Source: a virus
Taxonomy: Duplodnaviria; Caudoviricetes
Virus record (IMG/VR): IMGVR_UViG_3300031519_000198
Location: 1-25,474 of that record
DNA: 25,474 bases
Direction: 5' to 3' (one strand)
A model generated the notes under the pieces. The model searched no databases, was not told the origin of the DNA, and saw only the letters and a program-made list of their open reading frames with translations. Below are positions 16,701-25,474 of the stretch, piece after piece (the stretch's first letter is position 1; the number at the start of each line of letters is the position of its first letter). The position numbers and the translations under genes are program-made.

Positions 16701-19700
16701 TTTTAATTATATTGTCATCAATCTTTACTGCATATAGATTTTCATCTGGCAGGAAAGTTGTGCTTGCAGCACCAACAAAACTTGCCGTAGCAATTCCAAT
16801 TGCAGAAGAAGCAGTGCCAACATGATTGTATCTCAGTTTTTCTCCACTTACAAAGAAGTGATTTGGAATTTTAATTGCATCAGTATCAACATTAATTACG
16901 TCAGTACTATTACCTAAGAAATATCTTTCAAAAATTGGTTCGGTTTGATGCGTAAGCATAAACTCTCTCTTGATGTCAGATTCTGTTCCAAAATATTCTC
17001 CAATAGAATCATCAATAGAACCATTAGTAAATGATATTTGAGTTGGCAGTGTAATATCTTCATTAACAGTTAATGCATTCATAAAAACATTAACAACAGT
17101 ATTAATACTAGCATTAGGAGTAAACACTAATGATACAGTTCCTGCTGTAGAGACTCTCGATCCAAAAGTTCCAAGACCGGATGCAGTTTCAATATTTGCA
17201 TACTCTGTCATAAAAGTATCATAGGATCCAGTTACATCAACATAATCATCAACGACAACTATCTCAGACATTTGAGTAGATGAATTAGTTGTGTCTGTGA
17301 CCTGAACTATAAAATATGCTCCGTCAAAATTATTATCATATTCGCAAATAGTAGTAATTCCGGGGGATCCTGATGAGGAAATGCTTGTAGTTCTTCCTTC
17401 AAGTTTTGATCTTCTAAGATTGATTGTCCCAATTCCAGTAAATGTATCACTGGAAAGTCCAACAACTACGGTATTAATAGATCCAGTAGTTGCAATTCCT
17501 ACAGCTGTTGGAATAAAATCAACCTTTAGATTTGATCCATCAATATATGCATGATATGTCCCTAAACCAGTTATTGAATATTCCCCAATACTTGTTGATA
17601 GTCTTCCATATTCAAGCATCTCTACATTATTAGAATCATGTATGATATTAAGTTCAACAGCCTCAAATTCACTATTCTGAGATATATCCGGATTTATATT
17701 GACAAGAACTTTTGCACTAGTGTAAGTATCTCCAATTGATACGATAGTTTTTGTTGTATTTGATGGAATTTCAATACTGTCGGTATCAATTAAAACTACA
17801 CCACCAAGACTGGTGCTTCCTGTACCGAGAACAGAACCGTCTAAAACATATGATAGTGTAGCAACATCATAATCGTTTATTGTTGATCTAATTGGATGGA
17901 ATTCTAATCTTCCATCAGATCCACTCACTGAGAAGTCAAATGACCCCTGATCATATTGAGTTTCGACTCTAGCATATTGATTAATATATCCTCTCGAATC
18001 ATCATGCAGAATATCGACAAGCATTAATTGTCTCTGAGCAACAAATCTCTTATCTCTAATATAAGTGATGTATTTTTGGAATCTCTTAGATGAAATTGGG
18101 AATGTGTCAACAATGCTAAAGTCTGTTGGTCTTGGATTGCTATTAAATTGACCACTTATATCATCAATAACTAAAACTCTATTTCCAACTGATTCGAAGA
18201 AGTCCGTTAAAATTCTATTAGAAAATATAATTTCATTGGATATAAATTTGGAATTTTGAATTAGATTATTTTCTTTAACCAAATCAAAATCATACACGCA
18301 ATTTAGACTTGCAAATCCATCTAAATTATTGACCACATTTAAGTAAGTCGATGCAGTCGTAAGTCCAACTGACATACTATTAGTATTAATAGTCTCTAAT
18401 TGATAATCAGAGAATTTTTTAAATCCTAAAGTATGATTAAGACTAGAAACTGAGTCTTCCCAAGTATTATATGAAACTTTTGATTTTAATGAATATGAGA
18501 ATTTTTGATAATAAAAACTATCTTGAAGTTTTTGAATATCTTTATTTAAGAATCCAGTATCCTTCTGCCATCCTTTAATTGATTTTGAATATGAACCTAA
18601 ATTGGAATATGTGTCAAAATATTTTATAGATGATGCAATTCCTTGAGTTTTGGAAGTTGATCCTTTTATAATTTCTCCAACAGAAAAATTTTCATTGGAA
18701 GAAACTCTAAGAGTGACAACTTTTGAATCCCAACTATCTACAATTCCAGTTGCAGAATCTGAGGTTACAGTTTCACCTACGCTAAAATTATTTGTAGTTA
18801 ATTTTGTTTCAAATATTGGAAAATGCTTCTTAGCAAGAATCTTTCCAGAAGAATTTACTACATCAAATGTTCCCGGAATTTCTCCACTAGAGATGAATTC
18901 TGACATATTAAACGAAATATTACCAATACCTCCAAGATTTTCTGTTACTCCAGTCAGAGTGTATAATTTATAATCATATTCAGAAGAATTAAATCCCTTT
19001 CCTGTAGATCCAACTCCTACACTTACATTCTCTACTAAAACTTTATCTCCTATAGAGAATGGAAATGAATTTACGGTACTAAACCCAACAGATAAAGTTG
19101 CCGTTGCTATGCCGGATGGCGAATGATAAGATATCAAATTAATTCCAACTCCAGATCCACTTTCTGTGGGGATGATAGTTGGACTTACATTGTTCATTCC
19201 ATTTGTATTTTTAAGAATTTCTATATTAGATTTTCCTACTATTACTTTTAAATCAATGTCAGAAACAATTTTATTAGTTCTACCATCAAGAACTACCAAC
19301 TTTGGTGGAATAGAGAAACCACGACCAAATGATGTAATACCAATAGATTCTATAGATGCTAAAGATTCTATTTTTATAACTTGAGGTAAAATAGTTTTTG
19401 GATTTAGTGTTTTGTCTGAAGGATATTTAAATCCAATATCCTTCAGCACTAATGACTTCATAGATCCAATTCCCGTTCCAAAAGTTTCAAAAATAGCACC
19501 ATTACCAGAACCTGATATTACTGTGGTTATTCCAGGTAATGAATAATAATTTGATCCTGAGTTTGTAATTGATACTTTTGAAATTTGTCCATATGTATGA
19601 GTACAATCTGTCTCATAAGAAACTGAAGATGCTCCATAGGAAGATTCTTCCGGAACATTCTTAACACTATAAGTAAACGATGTAGTTGTGCCTACATTTA

Positions 19701-22700
19701 TAACATGTTTTCCATTATAACCACTTTCAATTATACTTAATTGATTTCCAGAAATAACTTCATTATCTACAAAAACTCTTTCCTTAACTTCTGGGATGTT
19801 ACTCTCAGATAAAGGATGTAGTTTGTAATACAAAATTTTGGGTATATCATTATTGACTGTTAAAGTTGCTTTTGCTCCAGCAGTTCCAATAGTTCCTTCT
19901 TTCACATATTCGAAATTTTTACTATTATTTGTTTTATTCCAAGTTTTAGTAAAGTTTCTATCCGTATACAAATTAAATTCAAATGCGGAATATTTTGTTC
20001 CTTGAGTTGTATATGAAAGTGATTCGTCAGATAAATCAAATTCGACTGTGGAATTTTTATACAAATTAATTAATGGATTGATCGGATTGATTGTTCCATT
20101 AGATGCACTTGTAATTCCAATAATTTTGGGTTTTTCTTGAATTGAATCAAAATAAGTATTTGATAATTTTATTATATTATTATCAACTTTGACAACATAA
20201 TACATTTTTTCATTCTCTAATCCCACAGAAGAAGAAGTAGAAGTATGAATTACTTTATCACCATTATCAAAACCATGAGATGATATTGTAATACTGTCAG
20301 TAGATGTGTTTACTCCTGCAGTTGCAAACCCAACTGGATTGACAACAAGTCTAGAGTTATAGTCATCATACTTTACAATTATTGTTTTTGCATTTTGTGG
20401 ATTAACTGTTACAAAAATATTATGCGGGGAACTAAGTCCATGAGTTTCTGCAGTAGAAACGGTGACTAAATTTCTCTGAACTTTTCCAGTAATAACATTA
20501 TAATTTGTTGAGAAACTATGAGTGTCTCCAGTACCTACTGTTCTAAAAAATAATGTGGATGAGTCTGTATTTGCTCCTCCAACAAAACTTCCAGTAGTTC
20601 CAAGTCCAACTCTTACAGTTGCAATTCCAATCAAATCTTCAGTTATTTTTGCAACAAATAAAGTTTGACCATTGGATAATGTTGTTCCAACTCCAACATT
20701 GGTTTCATCTTGAACAATAATACCATTTCCACCTGTTCCTGGTGAATATGTTAATTGATCACCAGTATTTAAATTGTGATTTTTTATGAAAATAGTTTTT
20801 GATGGAATAACTACTTGAGTTGCACCAGATCCTGGATTTGAAAATACAATTGTTGTTACAATACCAACACCAGAAGTTGTTCCTAATCCAACAGAATTTG
20901 ATGGATCAAAATATATTTGCTTGTTTAAGGTATAATTATAATCAGTCCTAAAACCTGCATTAATTTTAAGTTTTCTTGGACTTTCATATAAGTGCTTACC
21001 TATCGTGTGAGAGGTGCCTGTAGTACCCTCTACTGCCCTTAAAACTCTAATTCTAGAGGATAGGGTATCGACATTCAATACTTTAACTTTTTCTGTTCCA
21101 ATACTTAAAATATCATTTTCTCTAATATTTGGATATATCAAATCTCCATTAACTCTAAAGTATGTTACTATACCTGTAACACCGTCAGTTCCTATAGCTA
21201 CTCCAGTGCTTCCTATTCCAGCAATTGTTAATCTATTTGTAGAAATTCCTGCAATATAAGCACCTTCAATCTTAGATGAAGTTGTAGATAAACCTGAAAT
21301 TGAGATCGTATCTAAATTATTAAAATTGTGTGGATTATTTGCAAATATTAAATATTCCCCTTTAATATTTGAGGGGTAAACTTCAACATTTTCTATTATA
21401 CTTGAAGCAACACTAATATTATTTGCAGACCTTCCTTTTAATCTACTAACCCTGGCAAATGCTCCATATCCTTGAGTTCCATTATTATTAAATACTAATT
21501 CATCATTTACTCTATATTCATTACCACCAGTTATGATGCCAACACTTGAAATTTTTCCAGGTGTTGTGGATGAAACCGTTGCTGTTTGATTCAACTTGTT
21601 TGGGATATAAAGATATGGATATCCTGATTCATCCTCAATTAAATTGAGTGGTTGAGTGTTTCTTCTCCAACCATTTTCTTCAAGATCATAATCATCTTGA
21701 TTTGAACCCAATTGATAATTAAATTTGTTTGGAACTGATTTGTAATTTTCACCTAAAATATATGGAAATACTGGTTCTCTATATTTTTTAAATACTCCAG
21801 AAGTAGAAGAAAATTTATCATTAATAGTAATAAAGTATGCATAAGTTCCTTCCGGATAATCAGGAGTTATGCAAAATCTTCCATTATTTTCATCAAGAAC
21901 TGTTTCGTCAGAAACTTCATTATAAGTATAATCTTCTACAAAAAATCCTTCTGGGAATATTGATGTGAGTGGTCTACCTTCTTTAATATCAAGGGTATAT
22001 CCAGATTTCATCTGGGATATCACACCTCCAGATTTTTTTTGATATGCATATGGACCATAAATTGGATTTCCATCATAAGCAAATCCAATAATTGGAGAAT
22101 GTTTTGATGAAGGTTCTTCTATACTATTAACTTTTCTTAAATCAAATTCACCATAAAGAGTAGTTCCATCTTGACTTACTGAATTAACTGTTTCTCTTAA
22201 TGTTCTCGGAGCATACGCATGGGAATATTGTAATCCAAATTTACCATCAACTACAATTCCATCATCTTTAGTAAAGTATGATGAGTACTTGCTATAAAGA
22301 TTAACTCTCCACGATTTTAAGTTTGCCTTGAACTCAGGTAAAACTTCAGTAGAACCAGAATTGATTACATCTATACTAGTTGTATCTTTAGAATATCCAG
22401 CTCCACTTTCGATAACATTGACTGCAGTTAAAGAACCATTTTCAATTATTGGAGTAACAACAGCGCCAATTCCAGTTCCATTGATAATAAGATCTGGAGA
22501 TGAAAAATATTTGCTACCAGAATTTAAAACAATAACCTGAACTATTTTTCCATTACTTATAACTGGTTGAATCTGGGCGTCAATTCCAAAATCGATAGTT
22601 ATTTGTGGTTGATGGTCGTGGTTAATGATTTCAGATGATCCATATCCAACACCATTATTTTCAAGATGTACTGAAGTTATTTCTCCTCTAACAATAGGTT

Positions 22701-25474
22701 GAATAGATGATTGAAAAGTTTCTAATCCTATTGACGATATTCCAACTTTTCCAATAAGAGTTGTTGAAATTTCTGGATAATTAAATATGTGAGTTCCAAC
22801 GCCAACAGAAGTTATATTGACATATTGATTTGTCCTATAATAAAATTCCAAGTCTGATGCTGGACCAACTTCTGAAAGATTAAAAGAATTTGCATCAATT
22901 TTAGTTACATAGTATTCGGTATTTGTCGAAAGACCAGAAGCAATTGTTCCTTCATGAGTATATTTTACTTTTTCTCCAGATTTGTAATCATGATTTGAAA
23001 TTAAAACTAAATTCGAGACTGTGCTAATTCCTGTAGATGCCGATGCAGTTCTTTTTTTATTTTCATATCCAATTCCACCATCGACAATATTGATAGAATC
23101 AACTATTAATTTTTTATCTGCCGATTGTAGGGAGTGTTTTCCAAGACCATATGATGTCAGATATACAGTATTGATTCCGCTTATGGCATCACCTTGAGTA
23201 TTGTGTAATCTAACAGTAATATTATCAATTGTAGAAACAAAATATGCAGAATTAGTTACTATTCCTACAATTCCATTTTGATCTGATGTTTTATAAATTA
23301 CTTGTTCGGCATTTTTAAATTTATGGTAAGTAGAAAATCCAATTCTAGATTGAGTTGCTGCAGTACCAACAATTACATTTGCAGATGCAGTATCTGCAAA
23401 AAATTCTACATTATGCGTGATAGATTTCATATTCACTCTACCAACAGCACCTGATCCATTTCCTCCAGAAATTTTCAATACAGGAGTTTCTTGATAATCA
23501 AATCCGGGATCAACAATCCTAAATTCCTTTATAGAACCAGATACAGCAACATAACCAGTAGCTCCAGTTCCAACTGAATCTTTAATAATTAAATTTGGAA
23601 CATTTATTATATCAATATTTGACCCTTTAGAAAGAACTTCTATATTTTCAATTTTACCATACTTAATTATATCATTTGATTTATAATTTAATATTTCAAC
23701 TCCATTTACAAGAATACCCGTAAATCCAGGTTCTGTTTTACTAACAACTCCAGTATCAATTGGAGTTGATATTTTTCTCAATAATTTTTGCGAGGTTAAT
23801 GTTTTGCCATTAAACTGATACGGTTCAATTAAACTATTGTTTACAGTAGTTTCTTCAGTAAGAGTTTCAAAATTTGAATTGAAAATATCAGATCTACTTT
23901 TTGCAAATTTTACTGCAGATCCATCTATTCTCTTAATGAAATATAGTCCATCATTAAAAAGTCCTGTACTACGAACTTTTCTAGTTGAAGAGTTTCCAGA
24001 ATCGTCAATATAAGTTTCATCAACAATTTGTGCAGAATAATATACAGAATCTCCTGTATAAAATCCATGTTCTTTTCCTGCTAAAATTTCAAATTCACTT
24101 CCAGTAAAAGTTCCGGAAAATGTAATTTTTCTAGATGATACATCTAATGGTTGTGAATTATAACTCGGTATAGATGGAGATGCTATTAAATAATCTTCGG
24201 AATTATTTTTATAAACATTATCAATATCAGTAGAATAAGTAGAAATTTCTGGGAATGTATTTGAAGATGCTTTTTTTATATTTCTTTGAATTTTATAAGT
24301 CAAATTTAAATCAAGATCCCCTTGACCTGTTACTAAAAATGTTTTGTCAGATATTACATCGATTATATTAGTTCTTTTTCTAGTACCATTATTTAAAATA
24401 AATTCAGCAATATCTCCAGGTTTAAAATTTGGAATAACATTTAATATTACTTTATATGTTTTAGTAGAAGAATCAAGTAATATTAATTCTTTTATTTTAT
24501 AAAGAGGTGCTACATTATAAAACCATTTATTGGTTTTTTTATTATTTTCCGAAATACCAAGGGTAGAAATATTAATTTTTCCACCTTTCAATAAATCAGA
24601 TGTATTTGTTGGCAATTCTATTGTTTTTAAAACAGAATTAATTCTTACTTTTATTATTTCATCTTGATTTAGAGTAGATCTTCCGTATGAAAATGTATTG
24701 ACTCCAACTGTGGATGCATTGAGTATAGTTCCTGTTAAATTTGTAACATCAAAAAATTGAGTTAATGATTTGGATGTATATGACACTACACCCGCAGAAT
24801 TATCTTCATAATTTACATACAATTCTCCTGTAGATCCAAATCCAACAGTTGAGTCAACATCTAATGAAGTTGATCCTGAAGAAAACTGTCCAATAACTCT
24901 CGTAGAGGGTTCTACTTCAAATTGTCCATATAAAGATCCATCTACACTAATATCTCTGTTATATCCACCATCAAAACTAATTTTATAAAATGTCTGTCCA
25001 TACCCAACAGATATTTTTTCAACATCTGTAACTGGAGCATATGCATTTTCTATGCCACTGCCAAATTTATACTTACCTTGAAATAGGGTAGCATTTTGTA
25101 AATTTATTGGATCTCCATCAATAGATTCTACTACCAGATCATTGGTAATTCTATATTGTGCATTTGATGGTGAAATCAAAAAATCACTAGGTCTTATAAT
25201 TTTTACATCTTCATTGTATAGAGCTTTAAATAATATTTCAAAAGAAATATCTGTTCCTTTACTTAAGTAAAAATCTTTTGATTGTTTTAGAAAAATATTT
25301 TGATTCAATCCTGAAGTTAAAGTTCTAGACTCAAATCCAGGTAAAAACTGATGTTTTGTTTTTAGTAAAAATTCCTTTAAAAATAGACAACTTAGGTTAT
25401 TAATAATAGATTGATCTTTATGATCATCAGATTCCGTTTCTGCAAATACAACTTCCTCATTATTCAATTCACTT
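13738..25474 (-). CDS. gp7: Giant baseplate wedge initiator (T4 gp7-like), >3909 aa, 5'-truncated
   Basis: The frame stays open past the TTG at 25467 to the window edge (codons AGT GAA TTG). It has the gp7-type motif KDFYLSKGTDISFEILFKALYNEDV (~25200-25285) and LQDSFYYQKFSYSLKS...LNHTLGFKKF (~18413-18528), and lies immediately upstream of gp8. Confidence 0.85.
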   Translation of the reverse strand, partial: SELNNEEVVFAETESDDHKDQSIINNLSCLFLKEFLLKTKHQFLPGFESRTLTSGLNQNIFLKQSKDFYLSKGTDISFEILFKALYNEDVKIIRPSDFLISPSNAQYRITNDLVVESIDGDPINLQNATLFQGKYKFGSGIENAYAPVTDVEKISVGYGQTFYKISFDGGYNRDISVDGSLYGQFEVEPSTRVIGQFSSGSTSLDVDSTVGFGSTGELYVNYEDNSAGVVSYTSKSLTQFFDVTNLTGTILNASTVGVNTFSYGRSTLNQDEIIKVRINSVLKTIELPTNTSDLLKGGKINISTLGISENNKKTNKWFYNVAPLYKIKELILLDSSTKTYKVILNVIPNFKPGDIAEFILNNGTRKRTNIIDVISDKTFLVTGQGDLDLNLTYKIQRNIKKASSNTFPEISTYSTDIDNVYKNNSEDYLIASPSIPSYNSQPLDVSSRKITFSGTFTGSEFEILAGKEHGFYTGDSVYYSAQIVDETYIDDSGNSSTRKVRSTGLFNDGLYFIKRIDGSAVKFAKSRSDIFNSNFETLTEETTVNNSLIEPYQFNGKTLTSQKLLRKISTPIDTGVVSKTEPGFTGILVNGVEILNYKSNDIIKYGKIENIEVLSKGSNIDIINVPNLIIKDSVGTGATGYVAVSGSIKEFRIVDPGFDYQETPVLKISGGNGSGAVGRVNMKSITHNVEFFADTASANVIVGTAATQSRIGFSTYHKFKNAEQVIYKTSDQNGIVGIVTNSAYFVSTIDNITVRLHNTQGDAISGINTVYLTSYGLGKHSLQSADKKLIVDSINIVDGGIGYENKKRTASASTGISTVSNLVLISNHDYKSGEKVKYTHEGTIASGLSTNTEYYVTKIDANSFNLSEVGPASDLEFYYRTNQYVNITSVGVGTHIFNYPEISTTLIGKVGISSIGLETFQSSIQPIVRGEITSVHLENNGVGYGSSEIINHDHQPQITIDFGIDAQIQPVISNGKIVQVIVLNSGSKYFSSPDLIINGTGIGAVVTPIIENGSLTAVNVIESGAGYSKDTTSIDVINSGSTEVLPEFKANLKSWRVNLYSKYSSYFTKDDGIVVDGKFGLQYSHAYAPRTLRETVNSVSQDGTTLYGEFDLRKVNSIEEPSSKHSPIIGFAYDGNPIYGPYAYQKKSGGVISQMKSGYTLDIKEGRPLTSIFPEGFFVEDYTYNEVSDETVLDENNGRFCITPDYPEGTYAYFITINDKFSSTSGVFKKYREPVFPYILGENYKSVPNKFNYQLGSNQDDYDLEENGWRRNTQPLNLIEDESGYPYLYIPNKLNQTATVSSTTPGKISSVGIITGGNEYRVNDELVFNNNGTQGYGAFARVSRLKGRSANNISVASSIIENVEVYPSNIKGEYLIFANNPHNFNNLDTISISGLSTTSSKIEGAYIAGISTNRLTIAGIGSTGVAIGTDGVTGIVTYFRVNGDLIYPNIRENDILSIGTEKVKVLNVDTLSSRIRVLRAVEGTTGTSHTIGKHLYESPRKLKINAGFRTDYNYTLNKQIYFDPSNSVGLGTTSGVGIVTTIVFSNPGSGATQVVIPSKTIFIKNHNLNTGDQLTYSPGTGGNGIIVQDETNVGVGTTLSNGQTLFVAKITEDLIGIATVRVGLGTTGSFVGGANTDSSTLFFRTVGTGDTHSFSTNYNVITGKVQRNLVTVSTAETHGLSSPHNIFVTVNPQNAKTIIVKYDDYNSRLVVNPVGFATAGVNTSTDSITISSHGFDNGDKVIHTSTSSSVGLENEKMYYVVKVDNNIIKLSNTYFDSIQEKPKIIGITSASNGTINPINPLINLYKNSTVEFDLSDESLSYTTQGTKYSAFEFNLYTDRNFTKTWNKTNNSKNFEYVKEGTIGTAGAKATLTVNNDIPKILYYKLHPLSESNIPEVKERVFVDNEVISGNQLSIIESGYNGKHVINVGTTTSFTYSVKNVPEESSYGASSVSYETDCTHTYGQISKVSITNSGSNYYSLPGITTVISGSGNGAIFETFGTGIGSMKSLVLKDIGFKYPSDKTLNPKTILPQVIKIESLASIESIGITSFGRGFSIPPKLVVLDGRTNKIVSDIDLKVIVGKSNIEILKNTNGMNNVSPTIIPTESGSGVGINLISYHSPSGIATATLSVGFSTVNSFPFSIGDKVLVENVSVGVGSTGKGFNSSEYDYKLYTLTGVTENLGGIGNISFNMSEFISSGEIPGTFDVVNSSGKILAKKHFPIFETKLTTNNFSVGETVTSDSATGIVDSWDSKVVTLRVSSNENFSVGEIIKGSTSKTQGIASSIKYFDTYSNLGSYSKSIKGWQKDTGFLNKDIQKLQDSFYYQKFSYSLKSKVSYNTWEDSVSSLNHTLGFKKFSDYQLETINTNSMSVGLTTASTYLNVVNNLDGFASLNCVYDFDLVKENNLIQNSKFISNEIIFSNRILTDFFESVGNRVLVIDDISGQFNSNPRPTDFSIVDTFPISSKRFQKYITYIRDKRFVAQRQLMLVDILHDDSRGYINQYARVETQYDQGSFDFSVSGSDGRLEFHPIRSTINDYDVATLSYVLDGSVLGTGSTSLGGVVLIDTDSIEIPSNTTKTIVSIGDTYTSAKVLVNINPDISQNSEFEAVELNIIHDSNNVEMLEYGRLSTSIGEYSITGLGTYHAYIDGSNLKVDFIPTAVGIATTGSINTVVVGLSSDTFTGIGTINLRRSKLEGRTTSISSSGSPGITTICEYDNNFDGAYFIVQVTDTTNSSTQMSEIVVVDDYVDVTGSYDTFMTEYANIETASGLGTFGSRVSTAGTVSLVFTPNASINTVVNVFMNALTVNEDITLPTQISFTNGSIDDSIGEYFGTESDIKREFMLTHQTEPIFERYFLGNSTDVINVDTDAIKIPNHFFVSGEKLRYNHVGTASSAIGIATASFVGAASTTFLPDENLYAVKIDDNIIKIATSPENALKSIPVVVDLESVGIGTSHRFIAVNQNAKCIVAIDNIIQSPIVSTAVTTTLANQVRVVDNVIEFSGITSFFGSDIIQIGNEIMKIEGVGIGSTNRIRVRRPWLGTVLSGYGTGTLVTKIAGNYNIVDNHLNFVEAPFGNVPIGSTTNPPDERDWSGISTSSSFQGRSFMRSGVQNTSDESYHKNYIFDDVSNQFNGVSKEFALNQGGNNITGISTENAIILVNDVFQAPGLSDQYVITEASGISSITFQGTNTVPLGPDVGISSFPKGGIIVSVGSDAGLGYQPLISAGGTAIVSGLGTISSISIGNSGSGYRVGIQTVVNVGVGTSSTGTGNIQIIGTATISNGHIVSVAVTNPGSGYTSTNQPFVVFDDPLSYSNIPLQYSASSAVGVGTSAVIDIVVGQGSSIIDFTIKNTGYGFGNGEILTIPSGGLTGIPTTSSFTPSNEFQITIDEVFNDEFTGWSVGQLQVLDNIQSFIDGTRQNFPLSLAGNTISIVAGKGSKINVQDVLLVFVNDILQVPGKGYTFNGGSIITFTESLKLGDNVNIIFYKGTGDTDVIFRNIIETVKKGDTLQIKHDASIGQARSLDEDVRVVSQIKSTDIVGTNSYSGPGNTSDVTLERPVVWCRQTEDLFINQTPVGKDRELYEPVINPSAYITKSVGIGSTAIYVDNVRPIFNSQNENDTDLTFQNKIKFISQESKTGASATSIVTGLGTISSILLSDGGSGYVTAPIVTIGSTAQAVGLGTTATATASITAGIVTTIIISNAGTGYTNTSVPPVLIAPPTYVEEEVSVLTYSGDNGVIVGFGTTTVGIGTQLIFDIHIPYNSFLRNSNITGTAVTISSISPNDYFVIKHSNVGSSTTLTTSLDSSNNIVGVGTVFADNVYEVASAVSISTSVSGITTHVRRVFVKVDKFNYGFSGITTSNFFGSFSWGRIDLTARSGLNSYSAYTGSGIGYTEGTGISTSTMVTRSNFLKFKNYNV

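Noticed and set aside
1892-22540. All plus-strand ORFs in the track (e.g. 1892-2158, 5980-6399, 9692-9988, 18650-18973)
   Set aside because: Each lies antisense within a well-supported gene, mostly over Gly/Thr/Ala-rich stretches where the opposite strand lacks stops; no recognisable motifs.
25465-25467. TTG start assigned to the 3909-aa ORF
   Set aside because: The frame is open to the window edge, so the true start is probably upstream.
1-25474. Alternative genetic code or stop-codon readthrough
   Set aside because: Very long ORFs are open under the standard code, and TAA, TAG and TGA all end genes at junctions with tight downstream starts.
4615-25474. Inteins, introns or homing endonucleases as the cause of the large gene sizes
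   Set aside because: No Hint splice motifs, LAGLIDADG/HNH/GIY-YIG signatures or frame interruptions seen; the size is explained by repeated beta modules.
1-25474. CRISPR array, tRNA/rRNA, DGR template/variable repeats or DNA-level tandem repeats
   Set aside because: Intergenic gaps are at most about 41 nt, and the repeats I found are diverged protein-level repeats. A self dot-plot would be needed to exclude short near-identical DNA repeats.

Overview
The window is a dense, AT-rich, entirely minus-strand late (virion structural) gene module of a T4-like myovirus, most similar in gene order to T4-like cyanophages. Read right to left it encodes: a giant gp7-like baseplate wedge protein (>3900 aa, 5' end outside the window), gp8 baseplate wedge, a 2509-aa VrlC/DUF4815-type protein, three small genes (75-aa coiled-coil protein, 60-aa NblA-like protein, 128-aa beta-sandwich protein), neck proteins gp13 and gp14, tail terminator gp15, terminase small subunit gp16, and the first 8 codons of the next gene. 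T4-type late promoter cores (TAAATA) sit at all four gene junctions that have a real intergenic gap. Most notable: (i) a candidate NblA-like phycobilisome-degradation adaptor embedded in the structural operon; (ii) a pervasive G-[IVLF]-[GAS]-[TS] peptide motif in the variable parts of six structural proteins; (iii) nested domain insertions in gp7, including a YHYH-like domain split in three; (iv) a small set of modules shared among gp7, gp8, VrlC, gp14 and gp15. All family calls come from motif recognition by eye and synteny; no database searches were run. No RNA genes, CRISPR arrays or mobile elements were seen.
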